Positions 56,802 to 64,000 of a DNA stretch of 64,000 nucleotides are shown one piece after another. Origin of the DNA: an uncultured Alphaproteobacteria bacterium (GTDB taxonomy: Bacteria; Pseudomonadota; Alphaproteobacteria; Micropepsales; Micropepsaceae). Below the pieces are notes generated by a model, which was not told the DNA's origin, did no database searches, and saw nothing but the letters and a program-made list of their open reading frames with translations. The DNA is taken from the NCBI GenBank assembly GCA_963741735.1, contig CAVUJB010000004.1, positions 167,684 through 231,683 of the forward strand. Reading direction: 5' to 3'. Made by a program: the position numbers and the translations under genes. Within the stretch, counting starts at the first letter, position 1. The number at the start of each line of letters is the position of its first letter.

Positions 56802-57743
56802 ACGTCGTCCTGCATTACCGCGCCAGCGATGGTTTTCGGCGCCAGATCGAAGCCGTGCGCGGCCCGGACATCGACGTCATCATCGTCGACGAGGCCGACG
56901 ATGACGCGTTCCGGGCGGCGATGCGCGACGCCGAAGTCCTGTTGCACGTCCTGCGGCCCGTCCGTGCGGAAGATATTGCGGGGGCGCCTCGTCTGAAGCT
57001 GATCCAGAAGATCGGTGTCGGCGTGAACACGATCGATCTCGAGGCTGCGAAGGCGCGCGGCATTGCGGTCTGCAACATGCCGGGCAGCAACAGCCAGGCG
57101 GTAGCCGAGATGGCCCTGATGCTCATGCTCGCTGCTTTGCGCCGCACGAATGTCTTCGACCCGGCGACGCGCCAGGGCAGGGGTTGGCGGCCGGATCTCG
57201 CGGAACTCGATAAAACCGGTGAGATCGGCGGCCGCACGGTGGGCCTCGTTGGATACGGTGCTGTCGCGGCGAGGCTTGCCGTCGTCTTGCGCGCACTGGG
57301 GGCGACCGTAATCTACACCGCGCGTACGCCGCGACAGGATGCGGCCGGCGACTTCGTGGTGCTGGACGAGTTGCTGGCGCGATCGGACATCGTATCGCTC
57401 CATGTTCCTTTGACGCCCGAGACGCGCGGACTGATCGGCCGCGCCGCCATCGGCCGGATGAAGTCAGGCGCGATTATCGTCAATACCGCGCGCGGCGACC
57501 TGGTCGACGAAGCCGCGCTCGTGGACGCCTTGCGGTCTGGTCATATTGCAGCGGCCGGTCTGGACGTCTTCGCACGCGAGCCCGCCAATTCAGCCAATCC
57601 GCTGTTCGGTATTTCCGAGTGTTATCGCGATGCCGCACATTGCGTGGCTGACACCCGAGACGTTGATGCGCAGTCTTGCGATCGCGATGGAGAACTGCCG
57701 CCGCGTGGCTCGGGGCGAAGCCCTCTTGCACAGGGTGATTTGA
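56798..57743 (+). pseudogene. D-isomer-specific 2-hydroxyacid dehydrogenase, frameshifted near the 3' end (or 1-nt assembly error)
   Basis: ATGA overlap with the enolase stop. NAD motif GLVGYGAVAARLA, then ..NTARGDLVDE..AGLDVFAREP..NPLFGI in frame. The conserved end SVIAMPHIAWLTPETL...GEALLHRVI* is in the +1 frame. Removing one T from TTT 57612-57614 restores it. Span length is 3n+1. Confidence 0.8.
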
Positions 57744-57744
57744 A

Positions 57745-58452
57745 ATGTCCGGTGCACGCCCGCCTGTCGTTTTGATCGGCGGCCAGCTCTGTACGGAACG
57801 GCTGTGGCAGGGTCAGCTGCCGGCCCTGCGCGCCCTCGGAGATGTGATCGTCGCCGTCCTGGGGGACGACGACACGATCACAGCGATGGCCCAGCGGCTT
57901 CTGCATCAGCTGCCGCCGCGATTTTCGGTGATCGCCCACGCCATGGGCGGGTTCGTTGCATTCGAAATGCTGCGGCAGGCGCCGGAACGAATGCATTGCC
58001 TTGCACTGCTCAGCACACTCGCACCGGCGGACACCGCTGTTCAGACTGCACGGCGCGAAGGGTATCTACGTCTTGTCGAGGCAGGGAATTTCGCCGGCGT
58101 GGTCGAGGAGCGTATCCCGATCCTGCTTCACCCCGACCGGCGCGGCGATAGTGCTCTTGTGGACGTTGTTCGCTCCATGGCCGCCAGCACGGGAGCCGAC
58201 GCGTTTTTGCACCAACAGCGTGCGATCATGACGCGCCCGGATAGCAGGCCCGGTCTTCCTGCGATTGCCTGTCCGACGCTCATCGTGTTTGCGCGCCAGG
58301 ATGGCATCGTGACGCGCGAGCACCAGGAGGAAATGCTTTGCGCTATCCCCGGTGCGCGGCTCGAGATCGTCGAGGATTGCGGCCACATGATGACCTTGGA
58401 ACAGCCGGAGCGCGTTGCGAACCTGCTTGCCGGCTGGATTGCCGCCAACTAG
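57745..58452 (+). CDS. alpha/beta-hydrolase-fold protein lacking the nucleophile serine
   Basis: Typical fold pattern (PPVVLIGG.., ..DCGHMMTLEQP). The nucleophile elbow reads AHAMGG instead of GHSMGG. Starts 1 nt after the restored dehydrogenase stop. Confidence 0.75.
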   Translation: MSGARPPVVLIGGQLCTERLWQGQLPALRALGDVIVAVLGDDDTITAMAQRLLHQLPPRFSVIAHAMGGFVAFEMLRQAPERMHCLALLSTLAPADTAVQTARREGYLRLVEAGNFAGVVEERIPILLHPDRRGDSALVDVVRSMAASTGADAFLHQQRAIMTRPDSRPGLPAIACPTLIVFARQDGIVTREHQEEMLCAIPGARLEIVEDCGHMMTLEQPERVANLLAGWIAAN

Positions 58453-59498
58453 CCGATCTCGGCTCGCACGATGCGCGCGCCGTCGGCCATGGCCTTGAGC
58501 TTGGCGAATGCCGTTTCGCGCGAAAGATATTTCATGCCGCAATCGGGTGCGACCATCAGCCGGTCTGCGCTCACATAGGGTAGGGCGGCGCGAATGCGCG
58601 CGGCGACGGTCTCCGCCGTTTCGACGCTCGGATCGTTCAGATCGAGAACACCCAGCATGATTGTCTTCGTGCGCAGGTCGCGCAGAACGGAAGGATCGAG
58701 TCTGGGTTGCGCCGCTTCCAGTGAGATGATGTCGATCGCGGAATCCTCCAGCGCCGAAAGATACGAGTAGCCGCTCGGTTTGGCCGCGCCCTTGTGGACA
58801 TGGGCGTACCCGAAGCAGATGTGAAGGGCCGTCTTTCCCTTGACGCCGTCAACGGCGCGATTCAAGGCCTTGATGGCATATTTGCTGGCCTGTTCGGCCC
58901 GCGCCTGAAGATAAGGCTCGTCCAGCTGCACGATGTCCACGCCGGCGGCGAACAGGTCATTGATCTCGGCGTTCACGGCATCGGCATAGTCGAGCGCCAG
59001 CGCTTCGTCCGTCGGGTAATGGTCGTTCTGCGCCTGCTGGGTCATCGTGAACGGACCAGGGATCGTGATCTTGATCGGAAGGTTGGTGTAGCGCTTCACA
59101 AGAGCGACATCCTGTGCCTCGATCGACTCTCTTCGGCGAATGGGCCCGGCGACCCGCGGAACGGGGTTCGATGCGCCGGTGCGGTCCATCGCGGTACCTG
59201 GCCGGTCGATGTCGATGCCGCTAAGCGCGTTGGCAAGGCGGTTGGAGTAGCTTTCGCGCCGCATCTCGCCATCGCCGATGATATCGATTCCGGCGAGCAT
59301 CTGGTCGGTCACAGCGACGATGGTGGCGTCGTCCTGCGCCTGTTGCAGTTGGGCCGGAGGCACGCGCCACAGCTCCTGGGCGCGTACCCGCGGCGGGAGT
59401 CGGCTCTTCAACCGCTCGCGATCGATCAACCATTCCGGCTGCGGGTAGCTGCCCACAATCGCAGTCGGGAGAAGCGGAAGCTGCATGAGGATGTCCAA
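58449..59498 (-). CDS. cobalamin-independent methionine synthase (MetE) C-terminal-domain-like family protein
   Basis: About 345 aa of single-domain MetE-like TIM barrel: LPTAIVGSYPQP.W, ..DGEMRRESY.., HICFGY, VAPDCGMKYL (Zn-ligand Cys context). The start may be the internal ATG at MQLPLL. Confidence 0.75.
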   Translation of the reverse strand: MDILMQLPLLPTAIVGSYPQPEWLIDRERLKSRLPPRVRAQELWRVPPAQLQQAQDDATIVAVTDQMLAGIDIIGDGEMRRESYSNRLANALSGIDIDRPGTAMDRTGASNPVPRVAGPIRRRESIEAQDVALVKRYTNLPIKITIPGPFTMTQQAQNDHYPTDEALALDYADAVNAEINDLFAAGVDIVQLDEPYLQARAEQASKYAIKALNRAVDGVKGKTALHICFGYAHVHKGAAKPSGYSYLSALEDSAIDIISLEAAQPRLDPSVLRDLRTKTIMLGVLDLNDPSVETAETVAARIRAALPYVSADRLMVAPDCGMKYLSRETAFAKLKAMADGARIVRAEIG

Positions 59499-59548
59499 GG
59501 GGCGGTGGCAATTGCACTTTTTTGGTTTTTCCGGGATTTGTCAATTTG

Positions 59549-59560
59549 GTTAGATATCTA
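59549..59560. promoter_or_regulatory. palindrome TAGATATCTA (candidate MarR operator, site 1)
   Basis: gtTAGATATCTA: a perfect 10-bp palindrome in the divergent region between the MetE-like gene and the MarR gene. The core GTTAGATATC recurs at 61341-61350. Confidence 0.4.
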
Positions 59561-60162
59561 TGGATTTATCGGGTTTCGTGGGCGTGGCGTTTGAAGTTTT
59601 CGGTGCATCGGGTCATATGGCTGTGCCACACCCCACCTTGAAGCCCATGGCTCAACGCAAGCCGCTATCCACTGCGAAGCAATATGAGGATCCACTTAAC
59701 AGCTTCGGTTATCTGTTCCGGATCGCATTTCGTTCATTCTCCAGAGCGCTCGAGCGTCGCACGCTGCCCTTCGGGGTCAGCAGCGGGCAATGGCGCTTCC
59801 TCCGCGTGCTTTGGAATGAAGACGGCTTGACTCAAATCGAGCTGAGCCGACGCGTGGGCATGCGCGAACCCACCACCGTAGCCGCCGTGAACGGATTGGA
59901 GCGTGCCGGATATGTGGAACGACGCAAAAGCGCGACGGACCGCAGGAAGATTCATATTCATCTGACCGCCCGCGCCCGCCGCCTCAAGGACAAACTCATG
60001 CCCTACGTGGCGGAGGTGAACGAAATCGGGATGAAGGGGCTGACGCCGCAGGAAACGGCGCTCATCCGCCAGGCTCTCCTGAAGGTGATCGACAATCTCG
60101 GCCTCGACGACGGAGATTCTTATCAGGATGCGCGTGTGCGCAGCGGCTATGCCGAAGAGTGA
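59560..60162 (+). CDS. MarR-family transcriptional regulator
   Basis: wHTH GLTQIELSRRVGMREPTTVAAVNGLERAGYVERRKSATDRRKIHIHLT. The true start is probably an internal ATG (59617 or 59647, MAQRKPLS..). Confidence 0.85.
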   Translation: MDLSGFVGVAFEVFGASGHMAVPHPTLKPMAQRKPLSTAKQYEDPLNSFGYLFRIAFRSFSRALERRTLPFGVSSGQWRFLRVLWNEDGLTQIELSRRVGMREPTTVAAVNGLERAGYVERRKSATDRRKIHIHLTARARRLKDKLMPYVAEVNEIGMKGLTPQETALIRQALLKVIDNLGLDDGDSYQDARVRSGYAEE

Positions 60163-60165
60163 CGA

Positions 60166-61296
60166 TCAGCTCTTGGCCGAAATCCAGGCTGCCATCAAAT
60201 CCACCGCCCCTTCGCGGTTCCGTTCGGAGTCTTCGAAATAGTGTGCTCCGGGCACGAGCTCGAGTTTCTTGTCCTTCGCTCCGATGAAATCGAAGATCTT
60301 GCGAGCGTCGGACGGGAAGACGCCCTGATCGGCGGTACCCTGGACGACGAGAGCGGGCGCCGTGAACTTCGCCAGATGGCTCTGGCCCTGGCACTTTGAG
60401 GTCTCCAGACTCCACATCGAGAGCCACGTCTTCAACGTGTTCATTCTTCCAATGCCGGGGAAGCGGTTTGCCTGGGCAGGGTGACCCCGGTAGCAGCCGG
60501 GACAAATTCGGTCCGAAGGATCGATTGCCGGATCCATGCATCGCAAGTCGCCCCATGTGCGATAGAGCGGAAAGAGGATATCCGGGACGCCGGCCGCATT
60601 GACCCGGGCGAGCTCGTTCTTCGCCCAGTCCGTGATGCGCTGATTGCGGGCGCGCTGTGCCGCCCGGTAGCGCTCGGTAAACGCGGCGGAGTAGGGCGGG
60701 CCGTTGTCGGGATTGAACGGGTTGAGGGATTCGTCTGTTTTGGTCGGGTCGAACTCGTCGACCACCGAGGCATCCATCCAGTCCGTAAGCACTTCAGGGC
60801 GCCCTTGATGCGCGTTGAGCGAGATATAGAAATCGGCGCGAACAAGCGCGCCGAGAGCGTCCCGCGCTGCCCCGCTTGTGTCATTTGTGAGCGTGGGAGC
60901 GATGGCTTCCGCCTGGTACGCGCCCATCAGCGAGCCGCCTCCCGAATTTCCCAGAATGACAATGGTATCGACCCCGGCTTCGTCCTTCAGCCAGCGCATG
61001 CCGACGCCGATGTCGATCAACGCATGCTCGAGGAGGAATTGGTCCTCGGCACCGCGGTAACGCGTGTTCCATCCGAGAAAGCCGAGACCGCGCGCCGCAA
61101 AATATGGCGCAATATAATGCTCCGCGAAGTCCACGTTGTAATGGGTCGCGATCAACGCGACGCGCGGGCGCTTGCCCTTGGGCGTCCAGTAGATGCCTTG
61201 GCAGGGATGGCCGCCGGCCTGGATGCGCGGCGCCGTTGGCGAAACCTTGCCGATGAAAACGCGATCGACGGCCGACAGCAAATCCGATTGCGCCAT
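60166..61296 (-). CDS. alpha/beta hydrolase
   Basis: Nucleophile elbow GNSGGG within an alpha/beta pattern. 376 aa. The stop lies 3 nt from the MarR stop (convergent). Confidence 0.75.
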   Translation of the reverse strand: MAQSDLLSAVDRVFIGKVSPTAPRIQAGGHPCQGIYWTPKGKRPRVALIATHYNVDFAEHYIAPYFAARGLGFLGWNTRYRGAEDQFLLEHALIDIGVGMRWLKDEAGVDTIVILGNSGGGSLMGAYQAEAIAPTLTNDTSGAARDALGALVRADFYISLNAHQGRPEVLTDWMDASVVDEFDPTKTDESLNPFNPDNGPPYSAAFTERYRAAQRARNQRITDWAKNELARVNAAGVPDILFPLYRTWGDLRCMDPAIDPSDRICPGCYRGHPAQANRFPGIGRMNTLKTWLSMWSLETSKCQGQSHLAKFTAPALVVQGTADQGVFPSDARKIFDFIGAKDKKLELVPGAHYFEDSERNREGAVDLMAAWISAKS

Positions 61297-61340
61297 GGTT
61301 TTCGTTCCGGTCTTGGCGGGCGGTTAGGCCCGCAGAGAAA

Positions 61341-61350
61341 GTTAGATATC
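61341..61350. promoter_or_regulatory. GTTAGATATC motif (candidate MarR operator, site 2)
   Basis: aaaGTTAGATATCGAag lies 45 nt upstream of the hydrolase start (61296). It matches site 1 at 10/10 positions of GTTAGATATC and 9/10 positions of the palindrome. Confidence 0.35.
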
Positions 61351-61459
61351 GAAGAAATACTATTCTCGCCGTTCGCACGGAGTCCAGCCGAACGGCGAGG
61401 AACAAAGGACACGGACGCCGGCACGCGAAGTTCAGTCGTCGCAGGCGCCCGCCATTTCC

Positions 61460-62098
61460 TCAGCGGCTGGAGGTGTCCAGGAAGTCATTGCCGCCGAAAT
61501 TCTCGGGTGCCCTGACTTCGACGATCGGATCGTCACGGTCGTCGAACTCAAGCCGCAATGCCTTCGTCATGACCGCATGCATGTCGTAAAGGCAGGTGAT
61601 GTATGTCAGTTCGAGGATCTCCTCGTCGGACAGAAATGACTTTAACACCGTCATCACTTCTTCCGGCACCCGTCCCCCGGCAAGAACCAGGCAGTCGGTA
61701 TAGGCCAGAACCGCGCGCTCCTGCTCGTTGAACAGCTTCGAGACGGCCCAATGTGGAATCGCGGCAATTCGCTCTTCCGATACTTTAAGTCCGCGCAGGG
61801 ATTTGCAGTGTTGCGAGAAAACGAACTGGCAGCCTCGTGCCCAACCGGCCCGAGTTTGACCGAGCTCGCGTAGAACCGGATCGAGTTTGCGCACCGGCGC
61901 GCGGTACAACGCAAAACCAGAAACCGCATGCTCGAAGATGTCCGGGACGAGCGCAAAAACGGTCCACCAATCGCCCCGTGTGCCCGTCGCCGTGCCGGGT
62001 TGCGTGACCGGATCGCGCGAGCCGAACAGGCGGTCATAGTAGGTGAGGATCGTCTTGTTCGTCGCCTGGCTGCGCGTCACTTGTTTCAGTCTCGGCAT
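61460..62098 (-). CDS. carboxymuconolactone decarboxylase (AhpD-like) family protein
   Basis: ATG 62098 (GGAGGAAGA upstream). ..LRELGQTRAGWARGCQFVFSQHCK..LTYITCLYDMHA.. fits the CMD/AhpD-like helical family. Confidence 0.65.
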   Translation of the reverse strand: MPRLKQVTRSQATNKTILTYYDRLFGSRDPVTQPGTATGTRGDWWTVFALVPDIFEHAVSGFALYRAPVRKLDPVLRELGQTRAGWARGCQFVFSQHCKSLRGLKVSEERIAAIPHWAVSKLFNEQERAVLAYTDCLVLAGGRVPEEVMTVLKSFLSDEEILELTYITCLYDMHAVMTKALRLEFDDRDDPIVEVRAPENFGGNDFLDTSSR

Positions 62099-62152
62099 TT
62101 TCTTCCTCCGTTGTTGGCTGTCTTGCGCCGTGCGCCCGCGCAAATCTGATTG

Positions 62153-62653
62153 TTAGGTAAGCTCGAATATCCAGTGACGGATGCCCCAGCTCATTCTCTG
62201 ACCGCAGCCGACCGCAAGCACTCCGTTCAGCCACTCGTAACGCGGGTCGCTGGTTTCAAACACGAGGGCAATGCGGATGTAATATTGGGAGGGATGCACA
62301 TCCCGTCCTGACGGATCGCGAAATTGCGCCGCCACAGCGTCGCTGATGACGCTTCGGCCGGTGTAAGTCAGATAGACAGATGCTCCATCATGCGTTCTCC
62401 AGACCGCGCGCGCATCGAATGTCCCATAAGTCTTGTTGCCTTCGCCCCGGCCGTTGGTTGGCCAGTTGCCGCCGCCGGGCAGGATTTCTCCCGACAGTCT
62501 CTCCCCGCGAAATTCGCCGCCGGTGACGTAGCCGACGCGGCGCTCGGTGAAGGGTGACCGGCCCAGCGACATGATCGCACCCTCGACCCTGAAGTCGGCA
62601 ACGCAAAGCGGCTGCGAGCCCAATTGCGTCCACGTAAATTCCGCTTCGCTCAT
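62153..62653 (-). CDS. DUF3237 (UPF0311) family protein
   Basis: ..RRVGYVTGGEFRGERLSGEILPGGGNWPT....FDARAVWRTHDGASVYLTYTGR.. matches the DUF3237 beta-barrel signature. Confidence 0.75.
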   Translation of the reverse strand: MSEAEFTWTQLGSQPLCVADFRVEGAIMSLGRSPFTERRVGYVTGGEFRGERLSGEILPGGGNWPTNGRGEGNKTYGTFDARAVWRTHDGASVYLTYTGRSVISDAVAAQFRDPSGRDVHPSQYYIRIALVFETSDPRYEWLNGVLAVGCGQRMSWGIRHWIFELT

Positions 62654-62817
62654 CCGGATTCCCAGTTGCCACGAACCTGCGTCGAAGGGTCGGGATCGTG
62701 CCGGCGCGAACCTTAGAATTCAAAGTTCAGCGAAAGCAATCGATTTGCCTCGCCACCACGCTCAGCAGGTGTTTTCGCCGCGACCGCCGATGCAAGGGTG
62801 CGTCGACACGATGAGGC

Positions 62818-63759
62818 TCAGGCGGTGACCTCGGCATCTGCGGCCGGTAAACCCAGCTCGCGGCGTATCCAGCAGCGGAACGTTCGGACCAGCGGTGCGT
62901 CCGGCTGGCCCGATCGCGTCACCAGCCAGTACGACGATTTGCTCGGAATGCGGAGATTGAAGGGCTCAACCAGCAGACCCGCGTTGAGATAGAGGTCGAT
63001 GAGCGGCCTTCGACCGATGACGACGCCCATGCCCTCGATGGCCGCAGTCGTGGCCATCTGGATCGTGTCGAACTTGCGGCCATGGTGCGGATCGACGTCG
63101 GCCGCAAGCTCGCCATTCGGGCTCGCAGCATCGAGCCATTCCGGCCAGCCTTCCGGCCGCCGCGACACGATCAGTAGCGTATGCGCCGCCAAATCCCGGG
63201 GTCCGCGCAGCGGAGACGGGCCGGTCAGAAGCGACGGTGCACACACGGGGAACATCTCCTCATGCACCAGCTCCTCGCATGTGAGTCCGGGCCACTGGGG
63301 CGCGCTGAGCCCGACGCGGATTGCCACCGAATTGGCGGTTCGCGCCACCGTTGCCGGATATCCGAGATCCCCGACTGTGTTGATCTCAACTTCGACGTCC
63401 GGGTTCTCCGCATAAAAGCTGGAGAGGCGCGGAACGAGCCAGCAGCTCGCGAAGCTGGGGAGGCTGTCGATCGACAACACCCTTTTTCCCGCGCCTTCCT
63501 TGATGCGCCGGGTGGTCGTATCGATCGCGGCGAAGGCGGCGGCAACCGTTTCGAGAAGCTCTTCGCCTGCTTTGGTGAGCGTCAGGGCTTTTGCTGCCCG
63601 ATTGATGAGATCGGTCCGCAGCTCCTCCTCAAGAAGGCGCAGTTGGTGCGACACCGCGGCGGGTGTGACCCCAAGTTCCTGCGCGGCGGCCTTGATGCTT
63701 CCAAGACGCCCGACGGATTCAAACGTGCGCAGCGCCGTAAGGGAAGGTATGCGGTACAT
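62818..63759 (-). CDS. LysR-family transcriptional regulator (GcvA-like)
   Basis: HTH LTALRTFESVGRLGSIKAAAQELGVTPAAVSHQLRLLEEEL plus a LysR substrate-binding domain. Confidence 0.9.
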   Translation of the reverse strand: MYRIPSLTALRTFESVGRLGSIKAAAQELGVTPAAVSHQLRLLEEELRTDLINRAAKALTLTKAGEELLETVAAAFAAIDTTTRRIKEGAGKRVLSIDSLPSFASCWLVPRLSSFYAENPDVEVEINTVGDLGYPATVARTANSVAIRVGLSAPQWPGLTCEELVHEEMFPVCAPSLLTGPSPLRGPRDLAAHTLLIVSRRPEGWPEWLDAASPNGELAADVDPHHGRKFDTIQMATTAAIEGMGVVIGRRPLIDLYLNAGLLVEPFNLRIPSKSSYWLVTRSGQPDAPLVRTFRCWIRRELGLPAADAEVTA

Positions 63760-64000
63760 CAGCCAAGTCTCCCGCAGCGGTTGCGAGCGTACACCAGACT
63801 GCTGTCCTCAAAAACCGGAGCTTATACCTACAGATCGCCGTGGTTCCCGAAAGCGACTGCAGGGCGTTCCGATCATCTCGCAGCGCAGCAGACCAATTCG
63901 ATTTGCTTGGCGGCAAAAATCTTTTCCGTTGCAGTGTAACACTTAGGACCCTTAGGATTCTTGGCAACAGGCGGATAACGCCAAAAAAGCGAGTGATTCC

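Noticed and set aside
58449-58452. Convergent genes sharing the palindromic CTAG as both stop codons
   Set aside because: This is real but trivial. It is a compact 3'-3' overlap with no evident regulatory meaning.
59499-59560. Possible cobalamin or SAM riboswitch upstream of the MetE-like gene
   Set aside because: The leader is only about 60-100 nt, and I see none of the conserved B12-box or SAM-II pseudoknot elements.
63760-64000. Direct repeat TTAGGA-ccc-TTAGGA (around 63944-63958) and GATTT-N12-AAATC upstream of the LysR gene as LysR boxes
   Set aside because: These are short, low-information motifs. The divergent target gene lies outside the window, so the idea cannot be evaluated.

Overview
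High-GC, gene-dense chromosomal segment that looks alphaproteobacterial. The gene content and several small conserved ORF families look Bradyrhizobiaceae-like, but that is inference only. I can support about 58 protein-coding loci. I found no rRNA, tRNA, CRISPR array, transposase, integrase or phage genes. Left to right the window contains: a partial thymidine-phosphorylase-family gene; a PAP2 phosphatase; three secreted Gly/His-rich proteins; a MacB-type ATPase/permease/HlyD operon; a di-haem cytochrome c peroxidase; a (Thr-Pro)n hexanucleotide repeat ORF; a PilZ protein; a MocR/PNPOx divergent pair; three paralogous secreted proteins around a Tat-signal HD protein; a decayed envelope-stress-like locus (response-regulator/histidine-kinase deletion chimera, PepSY, frameshifted COG4705 membrane protein, CpxP/Spy-like protein, thiolase relic); a BVMO / tandem-TetR / TonB receptor / P450 cluster; a TetR / LolA-like / 2x FtsX permease / ATPase / beta-barrel operon; a single-chain BC-BCCP-CT carboxylase; a transglutaminase / circularly-permuted ATP-grasp+alpha-E / transglutaminase cluster; a translationally coupled VOC / APH-kinase / variant enolase / 2-hydroxyacid dehydrogenase / alpha-beta-fold operon; and a MetE-like / MarR / hydrolase / CMD / DUF3237 / LysR block. 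The most interesting candidates are three function-unknown systems: the kinase-enolase operon, the ATP-grasp/transglutaminase cluster and the LolA-like ABC/OMP operon. A further theme is several gene-disruption events, four of which are 1-nt homopolymer indels that could equally be assembly errors. All family calls come from motif recognition by eye, and no database search was run.
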